From Hyaloraphidium curvatum SAG 235-1 (taxonomy: Eukaryota; Fungi; Monoblepharomycota): a stretch of DNA of 64,000 nucleotides. Location: assembly GCA_025558095.1 (NCBI GenBank), contig JAIVFI010000036.1:310001-374000 (forward strand), in the 5' to 3' direction. This document shows, in pieces, positions 9,879 through 21,088 of this stretch. A program made the translations under genes and the position numbers. Position 1 is the stretch's first letter. Every line of letters starts with the position of its first letter. Under the pieces are notes generated by a model that searched no databases, was not told the origin of the DNA, and was given only the letters and a program-made list of their open reading frames with translations.

Positions 9879-11240
9879 TTAGACCGGGCCTTGGGAAGCC
9901 AGCGTCCGAATGACCTCGACATACACCTCGGCGCCCTCGAGAAGCACGGCTTCGGCGAGGAATTCATCGTGCTCATGGAGCAAGACCGGGCTGTTGCGCA
10001 TCGGCGAGAAGCCGAAGGCGCGGACGCCCTTTGCCCTCAGGAACCTCGAGTCCGTCGCGGCGGGGAACACCGACGGCACCACGCCGGCGCCGGACCGCCC
10101 GACCGCCGCCGAAAAGATGCCCCACCACGGGTTCCCCTCGTCCGTGCTCGTCGTCGCGTGCTCGTGCAGCGGGGGGTAGACGAACTCCCAGCGCACGCCG
10201 CCTCCCTCGGGCAGGCCCGGCGTGGACGCCTTGACCTCGGCGCACCACTCGTCAAGCATCTTCCCGATGTCGGCCATGGGCGTGTGGGGCGGGATCCGCA
10301 CGTCGAACGCGGCCTCGGCCGCGGCGGGGACCACGTTGAGAACGTCGTTGCCGCCCGCCTGGGTCCCGGCGCGGAGCACGGTCAGGTTGAGCGTGGTCAC
10401 GTCGCCGAGCTGCTTGGCGGCGGCGTGGGAGCAGCCGGCCTCGCCGTGCGGGTGGAGCAGGGCGCGCTGTTCAGCGCGGAAGGCCAGCGCTCGATTGGCG
10501 ATGCCGACGACCTGCTCCACCGCGGTACCCTCGATGAACCGGCTGCCGTGACCGGTGTTGCCATCGGCCTTGAAGCGAACCCACCACGGGTTGCGCTCGC
10601 CGTAGAAGACCGGGTAGGCGTCGCCTTCGCTCGCGAGGCCTTCGTCCAGGGCCAGGGCCAGCTCGCCGACCGACTTGAACCAGGCTGAGGACATCAGGAC
10701 GCCCATGCCGTCCGCGCCGCCGACCTCCTCGTCCGGGACGTACGAGATGTGGATCGTGCGGCGCAGCGGCCCGGCCGCGAGGAGGTGCCGCAGGGCGGCA
10801 AGATACTGGACGCAGACGCACTTCATGTCCTGCGTGCCGCGGCCGTAAATGCGCTGGCGGACGCCGACTAGAGTCAGTGTCCATCGACAATGCCGAGCAC
10901 ATGGTCGCTTTCAGCCCACCCCATCTCTTTTGAAGCCCTCAAAGGCCGGCACGGTCCACTTGTCCTCGATCACGGGCACGACGTCGTAGTGGCTGTTGAG
11001 GAGCAGCGCCGGCAGCGCCGGCTCCGTGCCCTTGAGGGTGCCGACGACGATCGGCTTGTGCGGCTTCGACTCGGGCAGAATGAGCGCGTCTGCGCCGAGC
11101 TCCGTGAGCCGCGCGAGGAGCCATCCGCCGCACGCGTCGTACGAGCCGTCGAGCGGCCCCGTGCCCGACACGGTCGGGAACCTCACGACCGCGACGAACT
11201 CGTCGACGAGCCGCTGCTGCTCCGCCGCCGTGAGCGCCAT
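9879..11240 (-). CDS. ACY1: Aminoacylase-1 (M20 metallopeptidase)
   Basis: LLNSHYDVVP, YGRGTQDMKC, VPDEEVGG, LDEG, PAATDSRFLR and LLHEHDE. One intron near 10855-10925. Confidence 0.9.
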
Positions 11241-11336
11241 CGCGGGATGGTTGCGCGAGTCGCCGCCCTTGCCACACCGCCGCGCACTCCCTCCGTCCCC
11301 CACGCTTGGTTCCCGTCTACGAGTCGGAAGCAACCG

Positions 11337-13101
11337 ATGTCGGCACCGGAAGCCTCTCCGACGTCGCGTGACCCGGATGAGGGGACCTTGGCCGCGCCCG
11401 AGATGCGCGCCGGGGTTGGAGAAGGCGGGGAGGCCGTGGACCTGGGGACGCCGAGCACGCCGGAGAAGCCGGAAATGGATGCCGGATTTGGGGCAGCGGG
11501 GTCCAAAGGAGCCGACGAAGAAGTTCCGGTGGCTCCCCCACCTCCTGGACCGCCCGACGGAGGCTTCGAGGCCTGGTTCCGGTGCGCCCCATCGTTGCCC
11601 CTGGCCTTTCCGTCCTTGACGCCATTTCCAGCATTGCGGGATCCTTCGTCATGCACTTTGTTGTACTGGGCGCGGTCTACAGCTGGGGCATTTTCCAACG
11701 CTTTGTGGGTCGCCCGTCCGTCCGCGTTTGGACGCCTCTGACGCGCCCACAACGCGCCGCGGACAGTACCTCGCGAACAATACCTTCCCGGGGACGACAA
11801 ATACGCAGCTGGCGCTGGTCGGCGGCCTCGCGACCTTCTGCGCCTTCATCTCCGGACCATTGACGGGCGCGCTGGCGGGGAAGCTCGGCAACCGGCTGAC
11901 CCCGGCCATTGGCTCGCTCGTTTTTGCTGCGTCGTACATCGGGGCGTCGTTTGCCCACCAGTACTGGACCGTCGCGCTCTGCCAGGGCGTCATCTTTGGC
12001 TTCGCCTCGATGCTCACCTGGATCCCCGCGGTCTCGATGCCGAGCCAGTACTTCGTCTCCAAACGGGGCCTGGCAATGGGCATCTCCGTTTCCGGCGCAG
12101 GTGTTGGGGGGCTTTGCCTCGGGCCGCTGACCCAGCTGATGCTCGACACCATCGGGCTCGCGTGGACGCTCAGGGTGTGGGGCCTGGCGGGCGGGACCAT
12201 GTGCATGCTCTGCGCGGCAACGCTCAAGGCGCGGGTGGAGCCGCCGGGCATGTGGGATGTTGGCGCGTGGCGGCTGCGGCGGGAACGGTGGTCTCCGGGC
12301 CACGGACGGCCGAGCGCGAAACCGGCGGGACCGCCGCCCAAGAAGGCGCCCTTCATCGACGTCGCTCCTTTCCGCAACATGCGCTTCAACATCCTCTTCC
12401 TTGCCTGTTTCTTCGTGCTATGGGCTTTGAATACGCCGTTTGCCTTCCTCCCGCAATACGCGACGAGCGTCATCGGCGTCTCCCCCGCGACGGCCTCGGT
12501 CATGCTCGGCGTCGCCAACGGCTGCTCCTCCGCCGGCCGCATCGGCCTGGGCGCCCTCAGCGACCGCCTGGGCGCGCTGAACGTCATGACGGGCGTGTGC
12601 TTCCTCGCGTGCGCTTGCGTCCTGTGCTTCTGGCTGCCGGGCCGGAGCGGGACCGTGGCGCTGACGTTCGTGTACAGCGTGAGCTACGGGTTCTTTGCGG
12701 GGTCGCTGCTCTCGATGATTCCCACCGTACTGGCGGCGATCGTCGGGATCGAGGTGTGTTGAGCGCAGCTCGCAACGAACTCGGCTAATGTCGCACATCG
12801 AAAGAATTTTGCGGGCAAGATGGGGTTGCTGTACCTCAGCTTTGCCCCCGGCGGTCTCGCCAGCCCGCGTAAGCACGCTGCGCTGTTTCCCATCCCACGA
12901 GCTAACGGGAACCCGTCTCCAGCACTCGCCGGCCTGTCCTTGGACAAAACGGGCACGTACCTCGCGATGCAGCTCCTCGTCGCGTCCGCCTGGGTTGCCG
13001 CGGGCACGACGGCTGCGCTCCTGCGGGTGGTCCTCGGGAGGGAGGCGGAACGCGCGGGCAAGGAGGGCAAGAAGCTGGGCGGCAAGGTGAGGGTGATGTA
13101 G
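11337..13101 (+). CDS. MFS monocarboxylate-transporter family (MCT/Mch-like) permease
   Basis: PPDGGFEAW start motif, GALAGKLGNR and GALSDRLG MFS motifs, SQYF..KRGLAMGI. Introns near 11582-11631, 11705-11766, 12754-12804 and 12869-12922. Confidence 0.88.
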
Positions 13102-13317
13102 GACTGTGAACGCGCCGGCGAGCCAAGGCGGGCGAGATGCTAAGGCAAGGTGATGTAGAATCGAGACATTTGATCTGGAATGCAAGGTTCGGAGGAGTTT
13201 GGTGGGCTTCTTTGCCGCTTCCGCGTTTCCGACGGGGCTGAGCCGGCCGCAAGAGGCGTCGCACCAAAGTGATTCACAACCACACAAAGCTTTCCTGCGG
13301 ACAAACGGACAGGGGCA

Positions 13318-15080
13318 ATGCTGCTCGCTTTCTTCTTCGCCTGTTTCTGTGCTCTCGGATTGCTCGGGGCGGCCGCGGTGCCGCTCGAGAGGAGGCAGTA
13401 CTGGTTCGGCGAGACCGGCGTCTACGGTTCGTAGTTCGGCCCCGACGCACGGAAATCTGCAGAGCGGCACCTGACGCACCCGCTGCGACTTGCCGTAGAT
13501 GCGATTAACTGTGTCAACCCCCGGCACCTCGCCCTGACGTTCGGTTCGTGTTCTGCCGGAGTGCCTGAACGCCCGCGACCTCAGCAACTCATCTTCCTCC
13601 TCCTAAACGCTCGTGTTGCTCTCGTACAACGCCCGCAGACGACGGCCCAAGCTCTTTTACGCCGACGCTGCTCAACTACCTGCGCCAGAAGAACGTCAAG
13701 GCCACCTTCTTCGTCGTGGGCAGCCAGGTCGATGCGCTGCCCCAGATCTTGGTTCAGGCCTTCAACGAGGGCCATCAGGTGAGCTCGAGCGTGCTCATGT
13801 CTATCGAACGGTAGCCTGCAGTGCTGACATGGATCCATTGTCCTCCAGATCGCTTCGCACACCTACTCGCACCCCTCACTGCCCAGCTTGGGGTCAGCCG
13901 CCATCCTAAGCGAGCTGCAGAGGACCGAGCAAGCCATCGTCTCGCGGATCGGCGTGGCTCCGGTGTACATGCGGCCGCCGTACGGCGACGTCGGTGGGTG
14001 ATCTCGTGGCTCTTCCTCGGTTGATGCTGATGTGGACGTTGATCACAGATCAGAGAACCGGCACCGTCATTCGCAGTTTCGGTGAAAAGATTACCGTCTG
14101 GAGCTTCGATTCGAACGATTGGGTTGGTGTCGCGATCGTGCATCCTCTGGTGGCTCCGTTTGCGTCCGATCTGACACGACTCGCTGCGCAGCGGTACACT
14201 GGAGACTCGCAGGCGGTCATCGACTCTTTCGCTTCCCTACCCCCGCCGTCCTCCGGTCCCGGGGTCATCGCTCTGGCGCACGACATCCACTCGTGGACGG
14301 TAGAAGCGATGCCTGCCGTGATCGATCTCCTCCGCGGCAAAGGCTACCAGCTCGTGACGCTGTCGGAGTGCCTCGGAGGCGCAGCGGCCTACAAGGGCGT
14401 GAGCCCTACTTTTTCGACCCGCTCTACGAGCGCCACGCAAGTCACTTCGACGCGTACTACGAGCACCGCGCAGGTCACTTCCACGATTACGACTTCCGTC
14501 GCCGCGACATCGACCCGCCCCACCACCACGACGACGGCCTCTCCTGGGGGATCATGCCCCTCTGGATGCGGCACCGGCGTGTACTGGGCCACCGGGAAGT
14601 GCATCAACTCGGTCTGCGTGTGCTCGGTCGGTTGGGGCGGTCCCGCATGCCAGGATGCTGTCGCACCCGGCAGCGAGCCCCCGGCAAACACCATGTCGCC
14701 GTCGAGCTCGACCGCGACGCGGCCGACCACGAGCACGACCCTGGCAACGAAGTCGCGCACGACGTCTCCGATCACCAGTCCCACTCAAAGCACGATGTCG
14801 ACCTCCCGCACCTCAACTGTCTCCCAGACTACGATCACCCAGACGATGATCAGGCCTTCGACAACCCCTTCACGCACGAACACATCCACCAGCACCGCCT
14901 CGCCGTCGGCCTGCGATCCCCGCTGCGGAGCTGGGTGAGTCTGCGAACCTTGCACCGATCGCATTGACGCTGACCGAAACGCGCAGGGTGTATTGGGCCA
15001 CGGGCAAGTGCGTTTCCGGCAAATGCGTCTGCTTCGTTGGGTGGACCGGACCGGGCTGCACAGAGCCAGGCTTTGCTTGA
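13318..15080 (+). CDS. Secreted CE4 polysaccharide (chitin) deacetylase with Ser/Thr stalks and two C-terminal 6-Cys modules
   Basis: Signal peptide plus ERR site. Spliced motifs LALTF|DDGP, KATFFVVG, GHQ|IASHTYSHP, MRPPYG and IALAHDIH. Repeated CG.GVYWATGKC...CVC.VGW.GP.C. Multi-intron; stop TGA ends at 15080. Confidence 0.87.
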
Positions 15081-15290
15081 TCGGCGCGAACCGAGCAGTG
15101 CGAACCAGCCCAAGTAGTCTTGACTGATTCTTTGTCATTGATATGTTTCATTCGTACTGATTAGATCTTGATGTCATCTATTTAGGGACGGAATGGGCAG
15201 ATCGACTGCGCCGGGGTCGTCTGGCCGGCCCATCATTCTGCCGTAACTTCGAGTTTCTACGCGCGAATCTCGCTCAGACGCCCACGAAAT

Positions 15291-15920
15291 ATGGCGGACG
15301 TGCTCGCGCTGTTCCACTTCCCGCTTTTGAATGAGCTCCTGAGCTCGGGAGCTTACACCGTGGTCCTCGCCGGCACGGCGACGAAACCCCCCGACTACCG
15401 CAACCATTCTCACATGGCGTACCGATTGTTCGCCAAAGACGGCCTCGAGGCAATGATTTGGCTCTTGGAAAGGAACGGAAAGGACTTCCTTGGCATCTAC
15501 CGCTGCGGAAGCTTGCTCTCTGGCCACCGCGCGGATATCATCCATGGATCCGCGACCGCGCTCATGTTCGACGAGGTGCTCGGGTCCGCCGCGACCATGA
15601 CGGCGCATCTCGTGTCCGGCAATCGCAGTCTCGCCTACCTGACCCGGAACTTGACAACGTCTTTCTTCCGCCCGGCTCTCGTTCCCAATGATTTCGTGGT
15701 CCACGCCCGGATTACCAACCCAGTTCGGACGGAAGACGTGCCCGGAGCAAAGACGATCACGATTGAAGGAGCCCTGTATCCACTTTCGGACTTTGTGTCG
15801 TGGCGGAAGGCGCTTTCGGACGGGGCCGACGTTCCCGAACCGAAGCCGCTCGCAAGGGGGTCTGCCGATTTCTCTCGAGTGGACCTGGGGGAACGCATCG
15901 CTCGCGCGGCAAAACTTTAA
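15291..15920 (+). CDS. Hot-dog fold thioesterase (THEM4/PaaI-like); C-terminal AKL is a possible peroxisomal PTS1
   Basis: GHRADIIHGSATALMFDEVLG and YLTRNLTTSFFRP. Ends AAKL-stop. A short upstream exon is possible. Confidence 0.75.
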   Translation: MADVLALFHFPLLNELLSSGAYTVVLAGTATKPPDYRNHSHMAYRLFAKDGLEAMIWLLERNGKDFLGIYRCGSLLSGHRADIIHGSATALMFDEVLGSAATMTAHLVSGNRSLAYLTRNLTTSFFRPALVPNDFVVHARITNPVRTEDVPGAKTITIEGALYPLSDFVSWRKALSDGADVPEPKPLARGSADFSRVDLGERIARAAKL

Positions 15921-15996
15921 TTTGCTTTAGCAACAAAAGAAGGTACCTTGTCTGTGCTGAAGAACTTTGTCGCTCTGGATTTGTGTCGATCCGATC

Positions 15997-17325
15997 CTAC
16001 GCCGCGGGCCCCGAGCTTCCCATCGACTTGAGATCCGGCCGCGTTTCGAAATCGGAAATGATGGGCTTGGGCTGCCATTCACCGGCCGCCGGTGCAGTGC
16101 TCGTCGTGGCATTCGCAGCAGCCGTGGTAGGCGCTTCGGCGACCGAGCTTCCGCTGGCCAGATGCCCGGACTTGACGCTTGTGGTCGAGAGCTCGTCGAT
16201 TTCGCGAGATCCGGCACCTTGCTCACTCGATCTGGTGACGGGAGGCACAGCTGCTTCGGGCTTGGCTCGCGAAGAGGCCGGACCAATCACGGGGCCAGGG
16301 TGGGCGACTTCAGGCTTGGCGGATCCGGTAGAGACTCCCGGCGCAACAGGCTCAGGTCCCGGCCCCACCCCAGAACCCTGCTTTGCGTCCAGGCGCTCGC
16401 GCTCGCGCTCGCTGCCAAACGGGTCGTGAGTGTTTCGGCGAGAGTTAATGCCAGGCGATCCGAACCTGGTCACCGCAGGAGGGACGCCAGCTTTCTGGAC
16501 GTCCTTGATGGAGCTCTCGGGTCCGAGGCTTGAAGCAGTTCCAGTTCCTCTCTGCCTGCCCTCCCGTTCGACAGCCTCGACAGAGCTGGGACCTTCGTTG
16601 ATGGAGGACTGACGTGCTGCGACGGTGTCCGGCACGGCCCTAGAGTGATCGGCAACGATGAGCTCCTTGAGTCCTGTCGACAATAGAAGCTGCTTACCGG
16701 AACTCCTTCGCCGTGACATTGACTTCGCGGTTCGGAAAACCAGGGGCGTTGTCCAGCTCGGACGCCTTCACGGAGGGCTTCAGCGCGTTTCCTTCCGGAA
16801 TCGTCGGAATCCGGGCAGTCGACACGGGCTGAACCAGGCCAGTCGCAAAGCCCCTGGTCCTGCGAAGCGATGGCTTTAGCATTTGTCGTACACTAACGGC
16901 AGTGCGCGTCGCGCTCACCCTTGGTCCCACGCAAGGACGGTCTGGTCTTGCACCACGGGCGCCGGCACCGGGGCGGGCTCCGGACGGGTTTCGCGGACGG
17001 TTTGAGTTCCTCCCGTGACGATCGGCTTCTCGATGCCGCTTTCTCCGCCTTGGATCTGCGTCCCGGCCGGGCCGGTGGCAGCGGCGCCCGTCATCTGCGC
17101 AACTCGAAGCCTGAGTGCGAGCAGGAGCCAGAGTCCATTTGGAATCACCTTGTCGCTTTCTAGCACCGGTCCACCGGCTCCCGTTCCGTGCCCGAGGCCT
17201 TGCTCAAAGCGCTGGCCAGCGGCGACAACCGTGGGCTTCTCGGCGCCGGAACCAGCGGCGCCAGGGCCATGGACGGCAGGGGCACCGGGGCCGTGAGCGG
17301 CAGCACGCGACGTCGGGTCTGTCAT
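15997..17325 (-). CDS. Hydrophilic low-complexity (Gly/Pro/Ala/Ser-rich) hypothetical protein, about 3 introns
   Basis: ORF pieces 16915-17325, 16694-16930 and 15997-16719 join at GTGATT/GTGAGC/GTAAGC donors. Internal repeats HGPGA, EKP(T/I)V and VPP(A)VTR. Confidence 0.55.
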
Positions 17326-17424
17326 TCTTTAGTGGGCGGGACGCGAAGGGGCTCTGCGGCGGTGGGGTGTGAGAACTCGAAGAGAGGTGTGGGGTGTGGA
17401 GCCACGTCAGCGCGGCGCTCGAAC

Positions 17425-17688
17425 AGGCCGAAGTTGTTAGAACAGTGGTGGAAGGACAAATGCAGCAGGTCGCCCGGTCGCCGCCTAGGTTTCCTGGAAG
17501 TTTGTGGGAGGAGGAGCAACGGGGCCGAAATGGAATGGAGTGAGGCTTCCGCGGATGCCGCATACACATGAGGTTTCGAGCGGCAACGTGCCGACGTTTT
17601 GAGCTTGCGACCGAAGAAGAAATCGCAAGAGCCACCAATTTGACGATCGGGCAGCGGAAGAGAACGGTCGAGGTGAAGACCAGTCTGG
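17425..17688. repeat. Dispersed non-coding repeat, copy 1 (~260 bp; partner at 31694-31950)
   Basis: Shared blocks aggccgaagt.gttagaacagtgg, gcaggtcgcccgg, taggtttcct, aggagcaacggggccga, atggagtgaggcttccgcggatgccgca and caccaatttgacgatcgg.cagcggaagagaacgg, in the same order and orientation. Confidence 0.9.
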
Positions 17689-17874
17689 ATAGGGCATGCG
17701 TCGCGGCACGGGATAACGGATCGACATCCAGCTCCAACTCTCTACCCACTTCGCGAATTGCCATAGCCAAATCGACCAATACATCAGTCCGTGCTAAAGC
17801 TATCCTCTCACCAATACCTTGACTAGTCCTGAAGGCGGACCCCGTGCACGAAGACTGACAAACATAAATCGAGC

Positions 17875-19511
17875 TCAGGCAAGGGAGCTAGAGAGACTAG
17901 AGCTCACTGTTCCTTCGCCTTGATCGATGTGGTCGGAGCCAGTCCGTTGGCGGCGAAGAACATCCCTCCAGCTGACGCCCTTGAAGTCCGCCGAACCGAC
18001 CAAACTCTCCGCCAGGACGACCGACTTCCTCCTCAGAAGCTCGTTTGCCATCGACGGCACGGAAGCGGTACCGTAACGGGTGGGAGTCTCCAATGCGGCT
18101 TCGGGCCGAAGCGATGCTGAATCAGGGGGGGAGAAAGCAATGCGCGCTCCCAATGGTCCCTGAATGGTTTCTGGTACCGCAGTGTTGATGGTCCGAGGAA
18201 GAGTTCGCCGGGCGTCTGAAGTCTGCGTCGCAGTTGCCGCGGAAACGAGGATCGGGGGTCCAGGCTGGGCCTGGAGCAGGGGATCTGTTTCCAAATCCTC
18301 CACGGGCTCTTCACCGAGCGCATGGGCCTTGATGGGAGACCCTGGCACCAGTACGGCCGTCGGAGACTGTGTATGCGCGTAGAGGATGTAGTGCTGCACC
18401 AGAAACATGATGTCGAAAAGGATCGAGAGAGCGCCCATGCCGAGCTTTGCAGGGTTGCCAATGATGCCGGCCCAAAGCCAGTGTTTCCGCTTGTTCTCCG
18501 CCGCGGCATCGATGAACAGCTGAACCAGACTGAGAACAGCCCCGGCGGCGTCCAACCAGACCTGATCCACCGCCCAGCCTTGCGTGGACTTCCGAACCAT
18601 GTTTAGGTAGAGCTGGGGCAGGTTCTGGATGCACGTCACGATCAGCTTAATGGTCGAAAAGTAGTAGAGGAGGTCTATCCAGTCGGGAAAGATCGGAGAG
18701 GGAGGTGAAGGGTCCAGATTGGGATTTCCCGGCGGCGGCATGGGAGGAGGCAAGGGGTCCGCAGGCAGGTCCCCAGACAGAGCCCAGGAAAGGTGCAGGC
18801 CTGGCCCATGGACGAGGTGCTGGCTCCCGATGTACATGGCAAGGGCGATGGCCAGCAAGGTACTGAGTCCAACGAAGAGCTTCACCCAGAGGTGCAGCGT
18901 GAGAGGATCATGATCGTATATCCAGCATTGGATGAGCGTGAGGATGGCTGGATGAACGAAAGTCAGGTAGGCCTCGGGAAAGCGCGTCCCCGGCAAACGA
19001 ACCGATGGCGAGGGAATGGCAAGCGTTGAAGAGATCCGTTGTCACGACGAGGTTCTTGAGCCCGTTGTTCCGGCGCGAGTACTCTGCCTGCACACCCGGA
19101 TCGAAGTAGAATACGACCGTGTAGATGGCGACGGCGACGAAGCCGAACGTGAAAAGCAGGATGTAGTCGAAGGAGAACCCCCGAACGGAGCGGCGACGTG
19201 CGTTGGACAGCGGTTGCGGGTACATCGACACGGCCCTTCGGAATTGACGTCCAGGGACGACCCAGGGCGATCCATGAGGTCCGAGACAGCAAGGGGAATC
19301 CACAAGGTGGGATGAATTGAAGACCGGCATGGCACGCGGAACCAAAGGGCCAGGCACGTCGAGAGCGGCAATTGGAGGTCAGGAATCGCTCAGGCAACCA
19401 ACCAATAGACTCTTACCAGCAAGCGAAGTAGCCCCAGCCGCATATTTGCGACGCGAGGAGGAGAGGGCCTCCGACGCGAGCGGCGTCAGGAGACCCGGTC
19501 GCCAGGTCCAT
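17875..19511 (-). CDS. Cystinosin / ERS1-like PQ-loop lysosomal cystine transporter
   Basis: Spliced ICGWGYFACW|AVSMYPQPLSNARRRSVRGFSFDY (intron 19236-19416). Second PQ loop NLPQLYLNMVRKSTQGW, then GNPAKLG...FDIMFLVQHYILY. Confidence 0.9.
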
Positions 19512-19769
19512 CGCGACCGAATCCCGCAGTCAATGACCGGCGATTAGGCAATCGGGATCGGCGGAGAGGGAAGGAGGCGGCTGCCTGGTCAGACGCGGCC
19601 TGAATGGCCCGGGGGCGTCTGGTACGTCTAGATAAGCGGCGACGCGGGGCTTGGGACCTGGCGCTGACCCCGAACCACCGAACCATGGCATCATCGAGCT
19701 GCTTCTACTGCATCCTAACCGATTTCAACCTCGAAAGACATTCCATAGCTTCGACACTTTCTTCGGCAG

Positions 19770-20958
19770 CTACAGCCTCGATCCTTTCTTCGGCAGAGGC
19801 TGGAAGTACGGCGACTCGGTCGCTCGCGAGGCAGCATACGCTCCGTCGAAAGCAGCAACAATGTCCGCGGGCAACGGCCCCTTGTCGCACCAGTCCATGT
19901 TGTTCTGGAACTGTGTCAGGCTCGATCCGCCGAGGATCAATCCGTCCTCAGGACGAAGCGCGCTGTGGTGCACCATCCAGCGCAGCGCCGCCTCGCCCAT
20001 GCTGATGCCGTCGGCCTTGCAGGCGTCCCGGACCACGTTCAGGCCCTCAAACGTTTGCTGGTTGAAGTATCTATCAAACCAATCCTTGGCGTTGAAGCGC
20101 GAGGTCTTGGGAAGCGGATCCTCCAAGCGGGCGTAGTTGCCGCTGAGCAAGCCGCCAGCCAAGGGGCTGTAGGCGTAGAAGGTCATGTTTAGGTTTGCCA
20201 GGCACGGGAGCAGCTCCTTCTCGACGACGCGGTGGATCGGGTTGTAGATCTGGAGTAGGAATCAGCAACGTCGGCTCCAATCGTCGAGACAATGAATGCT
20301 CACGCCTTGGTACACGGTCGGTTTCAACAGGCCGTGCTGTTCTGCCGTCATGTAGGCTTTCATGACCTCGTACGAAGTGAAGTTGCTGAGCCCGAGCGCC
20401 TTGACCTTCCCGGCGCGGTAGAACTCGTCCATGGTCTGAAGAGTCTGCGCGTAGGTCGGTCAGTGTCTATCGTGGAGGACAGCTGGCGGGGCACACCTCC
20501 AGAATCGGCGTGGCACGGTCCGGCGCGTGCTAGTTGAAGATCGAAGCCTAAGAACGCGGCGAATCCGTGTTCCGAAGGGAAACCACGCACCAGGTAGTAC
20601 AGGTCGATGGAATCCGTCTTGAGGCTCTGCAAGCTCTTCTCCACGGTCGCCCGCAGCTTCTCGGCCGAGTGGTCCCCGGGCTTGATGGGCCAGCACTTCG
20701 AGTGCACCTGGAACTTGCCGCTGACGCCGAGATCCCCGAGAACCATCTCGGACCGGCCGCCGGTGTAGACCGCGGCGGTGTCGACCATCGTGTGCCCGTG
20801 CTTCGCGAAGTCGTCGAGGCACGTCTTCACTTCGGGGGCCTTGAAGCGTCCGCCGACCATGTTGGTCCCCAGGACTGAGGTACCGTGGGCAGAGGTGTCG
20901 GCGCGCGATGGGGGCTAACGGAACGAGAATACCAACTGATGTGCGGTTTCGTCGCCAT
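19770..20958 (-). CDS. Aldo-keto reductase, AKR7 (aflatoxin B1 aldehyde reductase)-like
   Basis: VDTAAVY (catalytic D/Y), VHSK, SIDLYYL|HAP, GLSNF and YSPLAGGLL. Several introns. Confidence 0.88.
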
Positions 20959-21088
20959 CGCAGCTGGGTTGTGCGATGCAGGATTCCCGGATGTTTGGGA
21001 GACGCTCGGATCGGTGGACGAGGCGGCGATCGATCGCCAACACCAACGATGCAATCGAGCGCAGCCAAGCAAGATGATCTGCAATTCA

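Noticed and set aside
17570-17585. gtttcgagc in the dispersed repeat as a Pol III B box (tRNA-derived SINE)
   Set aside because: It does not match GTTCRANNC properly, and no A box or cloverleaf could be built.
19236-19416. Unusually long (181 bp) cystinosin intron as a snoRNA host
   Set aside because: No C box (RTGATGA) with a matching terminal D box and no clear H/ACA layout on the sense strand.
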